Shown: positions 40,101 to 52,100 of the stretch, piece by piece
Layout: each line of letters opens with the position of its first letter
How positions within the stretch are numbered: position 1 is the stretch's first letter
NCBI GenBank assembly: GCA_050084985.1
Contig: JBITNC010000001.1
Location: 34,348,001 to 34,412,000 of the forward strand
Source of the DNA: Nageia nagi
Taxonomy: Eukaryota > Plantae > Pinophyta
Direction: 5' to 3'
Length of the DNA: 64,000 nt
The notes under the pieces: generated by a model
Seen by the model: only the letters and a program-made list of their open reading frames with translations
Database searches by the model: none
Told to the model about the DNA's origin: nothing
Position numbers and translations under genes: made by a program

Positions 40101-43100
40101 AACCTTGGTGCCTATCAATCGGTCTCCACATCTGCCTAGCACTTGCTCTTCTACTTTCCTATCTGGCCATTCACTTGCGTAGTGTTCAAATTTGCCATAG
40201 ATATTTCATCTTATCGAGAGTTGCTCATAGATGATCTTTTGTTCCCAATTGTCTCTATCTTATTTTTTGATTAATAGGGTCAATTTTGTATTAATCAAAA
40301 AAATTGAAGATTTAAAGGATCTTCGAGAACCTATACAATCAAAAGAAAGGTCTTTCCTTTTTAGTACGAGTCTTCATTATCATTCAAAATAGGAGAATGA
40401 AGCTTTCCCCATATTTGATGATCCTAACTATCCTTTGTAATCAAACAGGGGAGAATGAAGCATTCTCTCTTCACCTAGAAACAAATTACAATATTATGCA
40501 AAACATAGTTGCAAAACAATAATATCAATCTTCACCTCAAAAAAACATTGTTACATTTTGGTGCATAGTTCCTGGGTTTTGTCCTTCCTTACCTAAATCA
40601 TCTCCTAGCTACATGTATGTCATGATGTAGTTTCTTGGGAACTTGAAGTTGTACTTCATATAGTCATCTTTGAAAAATTTAACATACAAGTACTTGTTGA
40701 GTGAAGAAATAAAATCCTTGTTGTCTACCTGTTGCTCGAACACCCAGCTTGGTTGGCCTTTCCTCAGCATTGCTTTTGCCAGCATTCTATTATGAAGCTT
40801 ATCATTCTTTAGCATCATTAGTGGAATTGCTTTGGGTCGTTTGCATCCTTGAACTTGGAACTCCATCACACTCATCTCCTTCATTCCAACTTATTTGTTT
40901 TTGACAGTAGTCTTTTTCTTTGCTTCTTTCTCCTCTAGTTTCTATTTCTTCTTTTGTTCTTTTTGTTGCATTCTAGTCTTGCTCCTTGTACTTCGTTTTT
41001 CTACTTTGAATCCTTCCTAGGGTTCTTGCTTCTCAAGGTCAATACATATTGTTGATGAAGCCTTAGCATTGTTCTTATCTTCCCCCTTCTCTTTTCATCT
41101 CTTACCGTTTTCCTCTTTTCTTTTGTTGATATCTCCCCTTCTTGTTGTTTAATGTTCGCTTTATTCTGCTTCTCCCCATATTAGCTCTTTCTCACCCAAT
41201 TCCTTCTCCAGCTTTTTGGGTTCTTCCTTGTTTTTTCCTTCATTTTTGTTTTTAGCCTTCCCTTTTTGTATTTTCAATGATTTTTTCACTTCACCTTTCC
41301 CTTTTTCCCCTTCTTTCTTATTTGTTAAGAGTTGTGCTAGTGGGGTGTCTTCTTCTGCCTCTTGAATCTAAATTAAGCTATTTCTCCTAGGCTATTTGGC
41401 TAAGGCTATATCATATACCAATTTAACAATAGATTGGTGTAAGGGTATGTTTGATTCCTCCCTTTTGAATTTATTTATTGAAATTTCCATCCAGTGCACA
41501 ATTAAGAATGAGAAATTCACTTTTTTTGTATCAAGGTGTCTAAAATGGTTAAGAAGACCAAAGTGATATGCTAGTACTACTTTGCACCTTCCTTCTAGTT
41601 TCACATACCTCATGATTGCTTGGGCTACCCCATCCTAGGGCCTTGGCAAGCTTGCTCTCTAGTATCCAGTCCCATACTTTGCATAGACCTCCCCTTGCTA
41701 CTTGAACTTGGCAATATCCTCCAACTTGTTGAGTTTCCCTTCCCTTTTGATCTCATTGCCTATATTTTCCATGTGAAGTGCCTCCATCTTCTTCATTCAA
41801 ATAAATCTTATTCCTGAATTTCTTAGAAATATCTATGTTTACATGGATGCGAGCTTTTCTCATCTAGCTTTATAAATGGGTTGCTTTTGCAATAGATTCT
41901 AACGAACCAATCATGTTGGCAATTTTAGATATGATATTCATGTTCCATAATCAGAAGGAAGGTTGGGGAGAGTTACCCATACCAAAACTAAATTTACATT
42001 TTCAGTTTTTGGACAAATGCTTCGATGCCATCTTTTTAGAACCAAACCCTTTCGTCCCAAAAACCATGGACCTAGCTCAAGCACATTGTTCATGTCCTCT
42101 TCTTTTTCGAATTTAAAAAGTAAGAATTCTCATGGAAAAGCTATCAAAGTGACCTTCCCTAAAGTCATCTATCCTTCCACTATCCACCTATGAATTAGAT
42201 CCATGTTGGATCGAATTCCAACAAATCGACTAATAAGTGTATTCATCCTTCGACTTGCTTCATTATCTAGAATTTCCTTAGGGATAGGTAATCTTGCTTC
42301 ATTGTTAACCATTATGCCTTCAATTCTCACATTAATAATTTCGTTGATCTTAGCTCTTGTAACAACAATGGCCTAGGTTTTCGAAGGTTTGGGTACAAGT
42401 CTTCGGTGAGCTTTGTTCATCGCATTACTCTGATGATTTGGTTGCATCTTGAGAGCAAGAGCGGATGAGTTGCAACAAAAACCCTAGCACGCGAGATGAA
42501 GCCGAATTGTAGTTGAAACCTGAAAACACCCTTTCGAAACCCTAGCACATGAAATGTAGCAAAATTGGAATCTCTCGTGAGATGTCTAAAACGGAGTCAT
42601 TCGTGCTAGCATGTAAAACTTGTGACTGCTAAAACCACTAGGCTATTCATATATTTGATACTATTTAATTCAAAACATATAGCAACAATTTCAAAGTTTG
42701 ATACCCATCCATGATCTAATTAATTAAAATTTCATAAAAATATTTAAAACTAAAAAGTTTCAATATTTTTTATATATATTTATAATTTTATTATATTTAA
42801 ATATTGTCGTACCCACATCATACTCAAGCCATACTAGTCCTAGGGACATGTCCCATCATACCTCATCATCCCATCCCCAAAACTTCATGGAACATAGTTT
42901 TTATGTTTGTTCATGGTAATGGGTATTTAATTTCAGTCATTTTAGAATGTTTATATGGCTGATTTTTTATTGTTAAAGAGCAAGGTTCTCTCCATTAATA
43001 AATGTAAGAATATCCTCTATGTCAAATCTTCCAACAATTATTGTGCAGCAACGTTTATGCAAATAAAAGCAAAGCTAATGAAATCTTAAGTTGAACTATT

Positions 43101-46100
43101 GTCACATTTGATGTTTTTCATGTATTAATTAACTTACTGAATATCAAATTTCTACGAATCTCTAGGGCAAAAGATTGATACCTCAGACCTTGTAATCAAA
43201 ACATCTTTCAGCTCCTTTGTAATACTCTTGAGTCGGCTGTTCAAATCATCCACAATTGTTGTAAAATGAATAGCACTGTCCTTGGAACAATTACTGCCAC
43301 CTATTTCTGCATTCTGAAGAGCTTGTATGTCAGAAATTCCAGCATTTAATGTGGTTATGTCCCGCTTAATAACAGCAGTAAGTTCTTCTATTTCAATGGT
43401 GTGATCATCAAACATAGATGTCTTCTTTGACACTGCAAGTGGAAACCAAATCAAGTATTATCAGAAGGAATGCAGGTGTTGATATGCACTACAACAAATC
43501 ATGCAAAAGAATGCCAAACTTACCTAAAAGATGCATTCCATGAAGTTATCAGGGATGGATATAATGGTGTACCACTGAATGAATTTCCAAGAGGACAGGA
43601 ATTTGATCAGATTGTGGGAAATGACAAAGGAACACAAGGGAGAAGGCAACAATTCAAGTTGAAATTCATGGAAAACAATGGCGAACTTAGCTTAAAACCG
43701 CATTCCATGAGGTTCTCAGGGATGGATATAATGTCGTACCAGAGGAGAAGCTTCCAAGTGGACAGGATTTGATCATATTTTTGGGGACGACAAAGGAACA
43801 CAAGGGGGATGGCATATCAAAATGCATTTATAATAATGAAAAAAATTTAAAATGCTGGAAAAAACTAAAACTTATAAGCAGAAGAATGCAAAGAGCTGTG
43901 AACAAATCAAACTGTGAAATAACTTCAAAATAGTCAACTACCAATATCCCAAACTTAATACGGTTAAAAAAACTGTACAGGACCCAACTCCATTCTTCTG
44001 ACTAAACCTACTGCAGCAGAGTCTTAGAGAAAATTGCTAAATACAAACATCCATTGAATCAAACATACTCATTGATTTAAAAAACAAAGAATACATGGAT
44101 GTTTCATAATCATATACATACACTTGGCCATGAAGGCCAAAACCCTGACTGCAAGGCACTACTTTGGTCATTATTGTTGGATTGTCAGTCTTATCCCTTA
44201 CTACAGGAATCTTATTGTCAAACTATCAGTCGATCTTTCCAACAAAATTAATAATTAGTCAATCATACTTAATTGTAACCAACAGCTAATCACCTAAACA
44301 GAAATATTCTAATTTGCACTATTGTTATGGGCACTGTTTTAAGGTGGCTGACCCGGCAGAACAGTTAATTGGCTGCTGCAAGCCCCAAACTTGGCCAGTT
44401 TCTGAATTTTCTCACACAGATCAGCTTCTTAGAGGTTAAGCATCAAATTTTTAACAATCTTCCCCTTGATGCTAAACCTCTGAACTCCCAACTGTTGTTC
44501 AAATTCTCAAACCAATATTTTCTATTGCCTTCAAAGAGATATCCTCTATTTTTCCCTGTGTCTTGCAGTACTGTAGGTGCAAATTACCTTGATGAATGAG
44601 ATGTCAATGTGTTTCATTCTAGTATGGAATTCAGGACTGAGGATTCTTTACAATCTGTATTATACTTGTGTTATCACAATGACTCACACAAAGGAATTCC
44701 ATAGGCTGCTCCAAATCTTCAGAAAGGTGCCTCAACCAAATAGGTTGACAAGATATTACAATATACTCTACCTCCACCATTGACAATGATACAATTTGCT
44801 GCTCTGAGACAATGAAGCCAAACCACTTCCAAGACTAAAGCAATAACCCAAAGTAAACCTATGCCTGTCCAACAATCCAGCTTAATCAGCATCAATGCAT
44901 CTCCCAACCTGAGGCATACTATGTTCTGGATAAAATAAACTGTAATCTGCAGTCCCCATCACATAGGGTAGTCTTATTTTCTCTTCCTTGAGATGTCTTC
45001 ATGGAATTCCAACAAAAACCTTGAAATGAGACTAACTGCATAAGATAAATCTCATCAAGTAGCTATAAGAACAATCAACGTTCTTAAGTGTCCAACACTT
45101 TGCCTCCTTCCACGCCAAGTCTCTTCTGGTCTATAATTCTTCACAGCCAATGCCTAACTCCTATTCAAAATATATATTGTTGCTGATACAGCCTCAGCTC
45201 AATACTCATTATTAAAATTCTTGGCTTTGAGATTGATCTCGAAATCTCTACAATAGTCCTGTTATTGTTGCTCAGTGACTCTATTCTGTTGTGGGGTATA
45301 TCCCAATGTGAGATGCCTCTTTATGCCATTGCTAGCACAAATTCATTAAATGGTTTTGAAGTGAATTCACCACCAGCATCAGTCTTCAAAATCTTAAACC
45401 TACAACCACATTCTTTGTCAACACATACCTTTAAACTGACAAAATGATTAAGCCTTATTTTTATTTTTGAGAAAGAAAACTCAAATTTTCCTTGAAAAGT
45501 CATCAACTATTGTAAAAAAAAAACAGAATATTTTAACTACGCTACGTGATTGCTTGGACCATAGATGTCTGAATGCACCAGCTACAGCTACTGACTTGCA
45601 CTTCATGCTTTGCCTGTTGGAAATGTATCCCTTGGTGCTTTCCAAGCATGCAACCAACACACTTCATCTTTTGTGTCAATCCTCATTAGTCCTTGCACTA
45701 TCTTCTTAAAGAAATGTAAATTCAATCCTTTAATACTGAGATGGACATCATTTGTGTCATAGTTAATTCATATCTTCAACAATCAAAGGATTGGTCCCTA
45801 CAGGCTACAAGAGACAACCAGCTATCCCTATGTAATTATTCTAACACCTCTAGCTTCAAATTCTGAAAGTTCAAAGAATTAGTAGGCCATGCTTTCAAGA
45901 TTTGTATTCATTTGAAAATTAAAATCGAATGAGTGATTTACCCTTTTGTTCCTACAGCATCTTTTAACAGATGTGCTGCCCCAGCCAAATTCCCCACTTG
46001 ACAATGCCTTCCACCAAGATCAATGCATCAAAGCACACTTTAAGGCCAAAAACAAGGACATCGCCCCATATTTTGCCTCACAAAGTGTGATGTTCCCTTC

Positions 46101-49100
46101 TTGAAGTCGTTCCTTTTAAGAGTGGTTTTGTAGTTAAGAGTATTTATTTATTAGTTGCATGTGTACTTAGGCATCATTGTAACCTGGATAGGAGACATAT
46201 GGGTCTAATCCATAATCATCAAATGCTTACAGTATACTCAGATCCTTACTTCCAGATTCGAACAAAAATACCTTCACCATTATGAGATCATACAAATTGC
46301 ATATAAATTTGAAAATTGCACAATGTAAATCACAAACTAGCAATCTCAAACACACAAAAAGATCAACACAATGATTTACCCTGATTCACCCAATGTGAGC
46401 TAATCCAACATGGAATTGGAGCCTTCTCTTCTCATTGTCTATAGACATTACAATATTACATGTATAGAGAAATGCCATCAACAAAATGGCAATACAATTT
46501 CCTACAATTATAGCAATCTCCTATAGCAAGAAGAAAATAATCTCAAAACTACAAAACTCTCGGATGATTCTTGGTCTTCCTTCAAATCTTACAATCCCAA
46601 AACCCTAAAACTCTCCAAATTCTCCTTTTGAACAAGAGAGTAGCATGCCCTTTAAATAAGCCTAGAAATGCCTTGGAAACATTGCATACAGGTACTGAAT
46701 CGTCTCATCCGCCCAACATGTCGATGTTTCTTTGACTTCCTCTACTAACTCATCAAGGTGCACACCGTTAACGAACTAAAATCAACAATTTGCACGCTGC
46801 TATTGGCCTAAAACTACATGCCAAACAACTCTAGATTTCAGTTTTCAATTTGTCTCCAAGCACATATACCTCTGGAATGAGTATTGCTCCTGAAAAAACC
46901 TAACACGATCCAATTCGGATCACACCTCCCCAATGGAGAAGCATTTGGTCCCACAAATGCATAGATGAGGATACAACTCCCCAACTCTAGACTTGTCCAT
47001 CCACTTGGCTTTATTAGGCTTTGTCCTTTCAATCTAACCAACCATAGCTTTGTCTCACCTCTTCTTGTAACACGAACCTTCTTTTGCAATATGGAATCCT
47101 CCTTGAGTTCATTCATAGTATTAGAGCTAAGTCATCAATAGATGGCAAGATTTGATCTGACTTGCTTCATCTTCAATCAAAATAGATGGCTCATACATTT
47201 TCAAAATGTTCAACATTCACAACTGAATAGATGTTCATATATTCCGGTAGATTCAATCTAAAAGCATTCTCACTTATTTGCTCCACAATCTCAAATGGTC
47301 CATACCTTATAGGCTTCAACTTCTTGGCTGGTCCTTGCAACCTCTCCTTAGTAAGATGCAACCAAACATGGTCTTCCACATGAAATTTATGGTCAACTCT
47401 ATGTTTGTGATGTCTTATCTTGTACTTGGCTTGGCTTGTCTCAAGTTCCTCTTGGACTTTCAAATGAATTTGTCTAATCCTTTCAACAAATTTTTTAGCT
47501 TGTTTTTCCTCTTTCTCAAGTGAAGCTTTTTCATCCTTTTGTTGTCCAAACACACAATCAAAAGATGAAGGCGGTAAATAACCAAAATAAGTCTCAAAAG
47601 GACTTTTATTAATGAAAGAATGAATTGCCCTATTGTATGCATGTTGGATGTATTCAAGATGTTCATCCCAAGACTTAAGATGCTTGTCACAATAAGCCCT
47701 CAAGAGTTGAAACACTGTCCTATTTACCACCTCGGTTTGTCCCTCTGTTTGAGGATGAAATGCAGTACTCCCCTTCAACCTTGTATCCATCTTTTTCCAC
47801 AAATATGTTCAAAACTTGCCCAAAAATCTACTATCTCTATTTGAAACAATGGAATTAGGCAATCCAAAATTAACTCAAACATGAGAAAAGAATAAATTTG
47901 CAAAATCTTGTCTTATTATAGTCTTTTTATATGGAATCAAAACACATATTACTAAATCTATCCACAACAACAAATAAATAGTCATGACCTTTCTTAGTCA
48001 TAGGCAATCTCTACAAAACCATTGAGATACACTCCCATGGACGTGAAGTACTGGAAGTGATGATACAAATCCAATTTCATGTTACTTGGCTTGCTAATGC
48101 AACACAAAGAACACCCCCTTATGTACTTTGACAACTTGATCTTGCATCTTTGGCCAATATACATACCTTTGCAAATTGTACAATGTCTTTCCAACCCCAA
48201 AATGTCCGGCAATCTTTGAAGTATGTGCTTCTCTAATCAATCCAATCCTTTCACCTATAGGTACAGAGTGCATTAAAATAATAAAGAAGTCCATATTGCA
48301 AATGAAATTCATCCAAACCCTCATACTTGCACCTAAATGAAGACAATTGCTCATACACTTCTCCAAAGTCAAGATCCTGCACATATGCCTCTGAAAATGA
48401 CTCAAACAGAAAAGGAAGAAATTTCAGCACTAAGAGGGAACTCACTAAACGCTGTTTGTATGCCGCTAACTGTTACAGGTGGTCTAGAAAGCATGTCAAC
48501 AACATTATTCTGTGTTCCTTTCTTATACTTGATCACTAGATGAAATTGTTGCCAAAAACCCATCCATCTATAGTGTCTAGTTTGTTGCAATTTTGATTGA
48601 GTTTGTAAATACTTTAATGGTTGATGATCAGTATGAATGATTGTTTCTTTTCCCATTAATTAATGTTTTCACTTTTTAACAACTTGAACCAATGCATACA
48701 TTTCCTTATCATAAATAGGTAATTCAAAGTAGCCCCACTAAATTTTTCAAAATGATAGCAAATTGGTTTACCTTCTTGTAACAAAACGGCTCCCATGGCA
48801 TAGTCACTTGCATCAATCCCACTTCAAATGGCTTCCGCAAATTAGGAAGTGCTAGCATAGGTGCACTAATAATATTTTGCTTCAAGGTGTCAAAAGATGT
48901 TTGTTGTTGTTTCCCCCATTGGAAAACTTGCCTCTTTCTAGTTACATCATGTAAAGGTGAAACAACATGAGAAAAATCAACAATAAACTTTCTCATATAT
49001 TGTACAGCACCTAAGAAACTCCTTACTTCAGTTACATTAGATGGCCTTGACCAATCTACTATAGAACTTACTTTACTAGAATCTAGTTTAAGTTGTCCAT

Positions 49101-52100
49101 GATGAATAACATGGCCCAAATACACCAAAGACTCTTTGCCAAACTCACATTTTGAATGTTTCAATGACAACTTCTCCCTATGCAAAGTTTGAAACACTTG
49201 TCTAAGATGTACAACATGTTCTTCCCAACTAGATCTATAAACAAAAATATCACCCAAGTATACAACAACAAAAAAATCAATAAATGGATGAAGTACATCA
49301 TTCATTACCCTCATAAAAGTGGTGGTTACATTGCACAAACCAAATGGCAAAACAACCCACTCAAATAGGCCTTGTCTTGTCTTGAAAGCAGTCTTCCAAA
49401 TGTCCTCCTCCTTGATTCTAACTTGGTGATATCCACTCCTCAAGTCCAATTTTGTGAAGAATCTTGCCCATTGCAACTGATCCAAAAGATCATCTATCCA
49501 AGGCAAAGGATAGTGATTTTTTATGGTGATTTTGTTTAGTGCTTTGTAGTCAATGCACATTCTCCAAGTTTGATCCTTCTTGGGAACCAAAGCAACAGGT
49601 GATCCACATGGAGATGTACTTGGTCTTATCACACCTTGATCAACCAACTCCTGAATCTACCTCCTTATCTCCCCTTGCTCCAAAACTGATTGCCGATACA
49701 AAGCTACGTTGGGCAATGAAGCATTCGGTAACAACTGAATATATGTTATATATCCCGCATAGGAGGTAATCCCTATTGCTCTGCAAATAAGTCAATAAAC
49801 TCCAAAACTAAATTTTGCATTTGTTCCTCTCTGTTGCATGCCACTAACAGCCTACAGTCAAATATTGCACGCCGCTGACAGCATGAGATTCACCTCACCC
49901 GGAGCTCCTGTTTTCACCATGATCAGAACAAACTTTTTAGAAGCATTCACAAGATGTTTCACCCAACCAGCAATGAAAGGTAGTTTTTTCCTGCTTTTAT
50001 GTGCACTAGCTAGAAACACCTTTCCATCTTTCACCAATCATAATTTGTTCAATCTTCTGTAATAAATACCATCTCTATCCCACATATAAGGGTTACCAAA
50101 AATAACACCACAAATGTCTAAAGGAACAACTTCATCAATGTACTTTGCACAAATAGCAAAGTTCAACTTACATTGCTTAGTAACTTGTAAACTAGCATTG
50201 CGATGCACCCAACCCAAAGGATATGGATTTGGATTGTTGAAAGTTTCCAATCCCAAATTACTTACCATAGTCTCTGAAATCAAATTTGCTTGAGAACCCG
50301 GATCAACAATGCAATCTACTTTGGTTTTCTTGATTTGGATTTTGAGGTGGAACAATTGAATCCTTTGTTCTTCAATGTCTTGAGGTTCTTCAACCTTTTG
50401 AATGGCTGAACAAATAACTTTCTCATCAACATCTGAACTTCCCTCAATATCATCACATCTAAGAACCATAACATTAGTTTTCTCCTTATTCTTATGCTTA
50501 TATGGACATAATTTTGAATGTAATTTCCAACATTTATCATCAACATGACCATCTTTATCACAATGACTACAATAGCTACTATCACCTTCTTTCTTTGAAA
50601 TATTAGTGGACTTTGTTTCTTACCTACCTTTTCCTTTATCTTGAGATTTACCTTTCTCTTGTCCTCCCCTTGAATTAGAAGCCTTCTTGGATTCATCATA
50701 TTGTCTTCTTGCTTTACCATCCTCCCTAAGTATTGCCCTTGCACACACACTTGATCAAGATTAGTCGGATTAAACAACATGATAGTTTTTTGCAATGACT
50801 ATGTAAACCTCCAATGTACTTCATTAAAGTTTGAGAATCTTTGAGTGAAACCTCAAGCAAAGTAGCTTGTTTCCTAAATTCCATAGTGTATTCTTGAACA
50901 TTTTGCCCTCTTTGTTGGCTAAAGAATTGCCATTTCATCAATTGTTTATTATGATGTCTTAATGGATAGAATTGATCTCTTAACAACTCCTTAAATTCAT
51001 TCCAAGAAGATATTTCTGATAAGTGTTCATGATTAAGAGTTTATACATGGCTTTCCCACCAAACTATAGAATGTCCACTCCTCTTTAATCTAGCAAAAGA
51101 GATTTTATCAACATCATTTACAACACCATGAATTTGGAAATAAACCTCCAATTGTTCACATTTTCTGCATCAATCTCTCCTCCAAAAGTAGGAATGTCAA
51201 CTTTGGCCTCCACTTTGAATGGAACTCGATTTGATGAAGATGATAATTCAGGTCTCCCAACTACATCATGATATCTCTGATTAACATTTGTATTTGCTCC
51301 AACAGCCAACAACTCAACCAAACAAGCCAAATGATTCTCCATTGCCGAAAACCTCCTTTCAAAATCGGCATCTGTCATGGTACTAATAGTAGATTGTTGC
51401 TCCCCTGCATTATCAATTTCAATCCTCTACCCTTCAACCAATCTCAAGATCCTCTGGAATCAACTCTGGTCTTTGAGATCTCCCAAACATCAAAAAGCAC
51501 ACCGCTAGCAGCCTGAAATACCCAAAATTCCGGCCCCAAATTTTACGCACACAAGCTCTGATACCACATGATCTGTAATTACCAGATGCTTATAGCAATT
51601 TGCAAACTGCTAACAACCTAAAATCAGCAATTTGCATGCCGCTGGCAGCCCAAAACTGCATGCCAAACAACTCCATATTTCAATCTTTGGTCTGTCTCCA
51701 AGCACATATACCTCTAAAATAAGTATTGCTCCTGAAAAGACAACCTGACAATGCCTTCCACCAAGATCAATGCATCAAAGCACACTTTAAGGCCAAAAAC
51801 GAGGACATCGCCCCATATTTTGCCTCACAGAGTGTGATGTTTCCTTCTTGAAGTCTTTCCTTTTAAGGGTGGTTTTGTAGTTAAGAGTATTTATTTATTA
51901 GTTGCATGTATACTTAAGCATCATTGTAACCTAGGATAGAAGACATATCGGTCCCATGGACCACTAGTGAGCCCCAAAGTGGGATGTCTTGCTCCTAGAG
52001 GTAGATTAGGAGCATTTAAATGTAATGATAGCAAATCCCAAAGCACAACGCATGATTTGGTGTGATCCTGAGGCATGATCCAGACGCCCAAGCATGATGT

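Larger units (their letters stand above)
35537..42897. mobile_element. Non-autonomous hAT-type DNA transposon expanded by nested insertions
   Basis: Perfect 8-bp TSD TTTTTATG (35529-35536 and 42898-42905); imperfect TIRs TTGTGTTCCAC / CTATGTTCCAT; subterminal CATCCC/GTCCC motifs at both ends. Confidence 0.8.

Noticed and set aside
43470-43772. 100-aa plus-strand ORF
   Set aside because: It lies over a local direct repeat in the intron, with no recognisable domain.
48724-49647. Active reverse transcriptase
   Set aside because: The catalytic YLDD reads YLGD, and the surrounding pol has stops and frameshifts.
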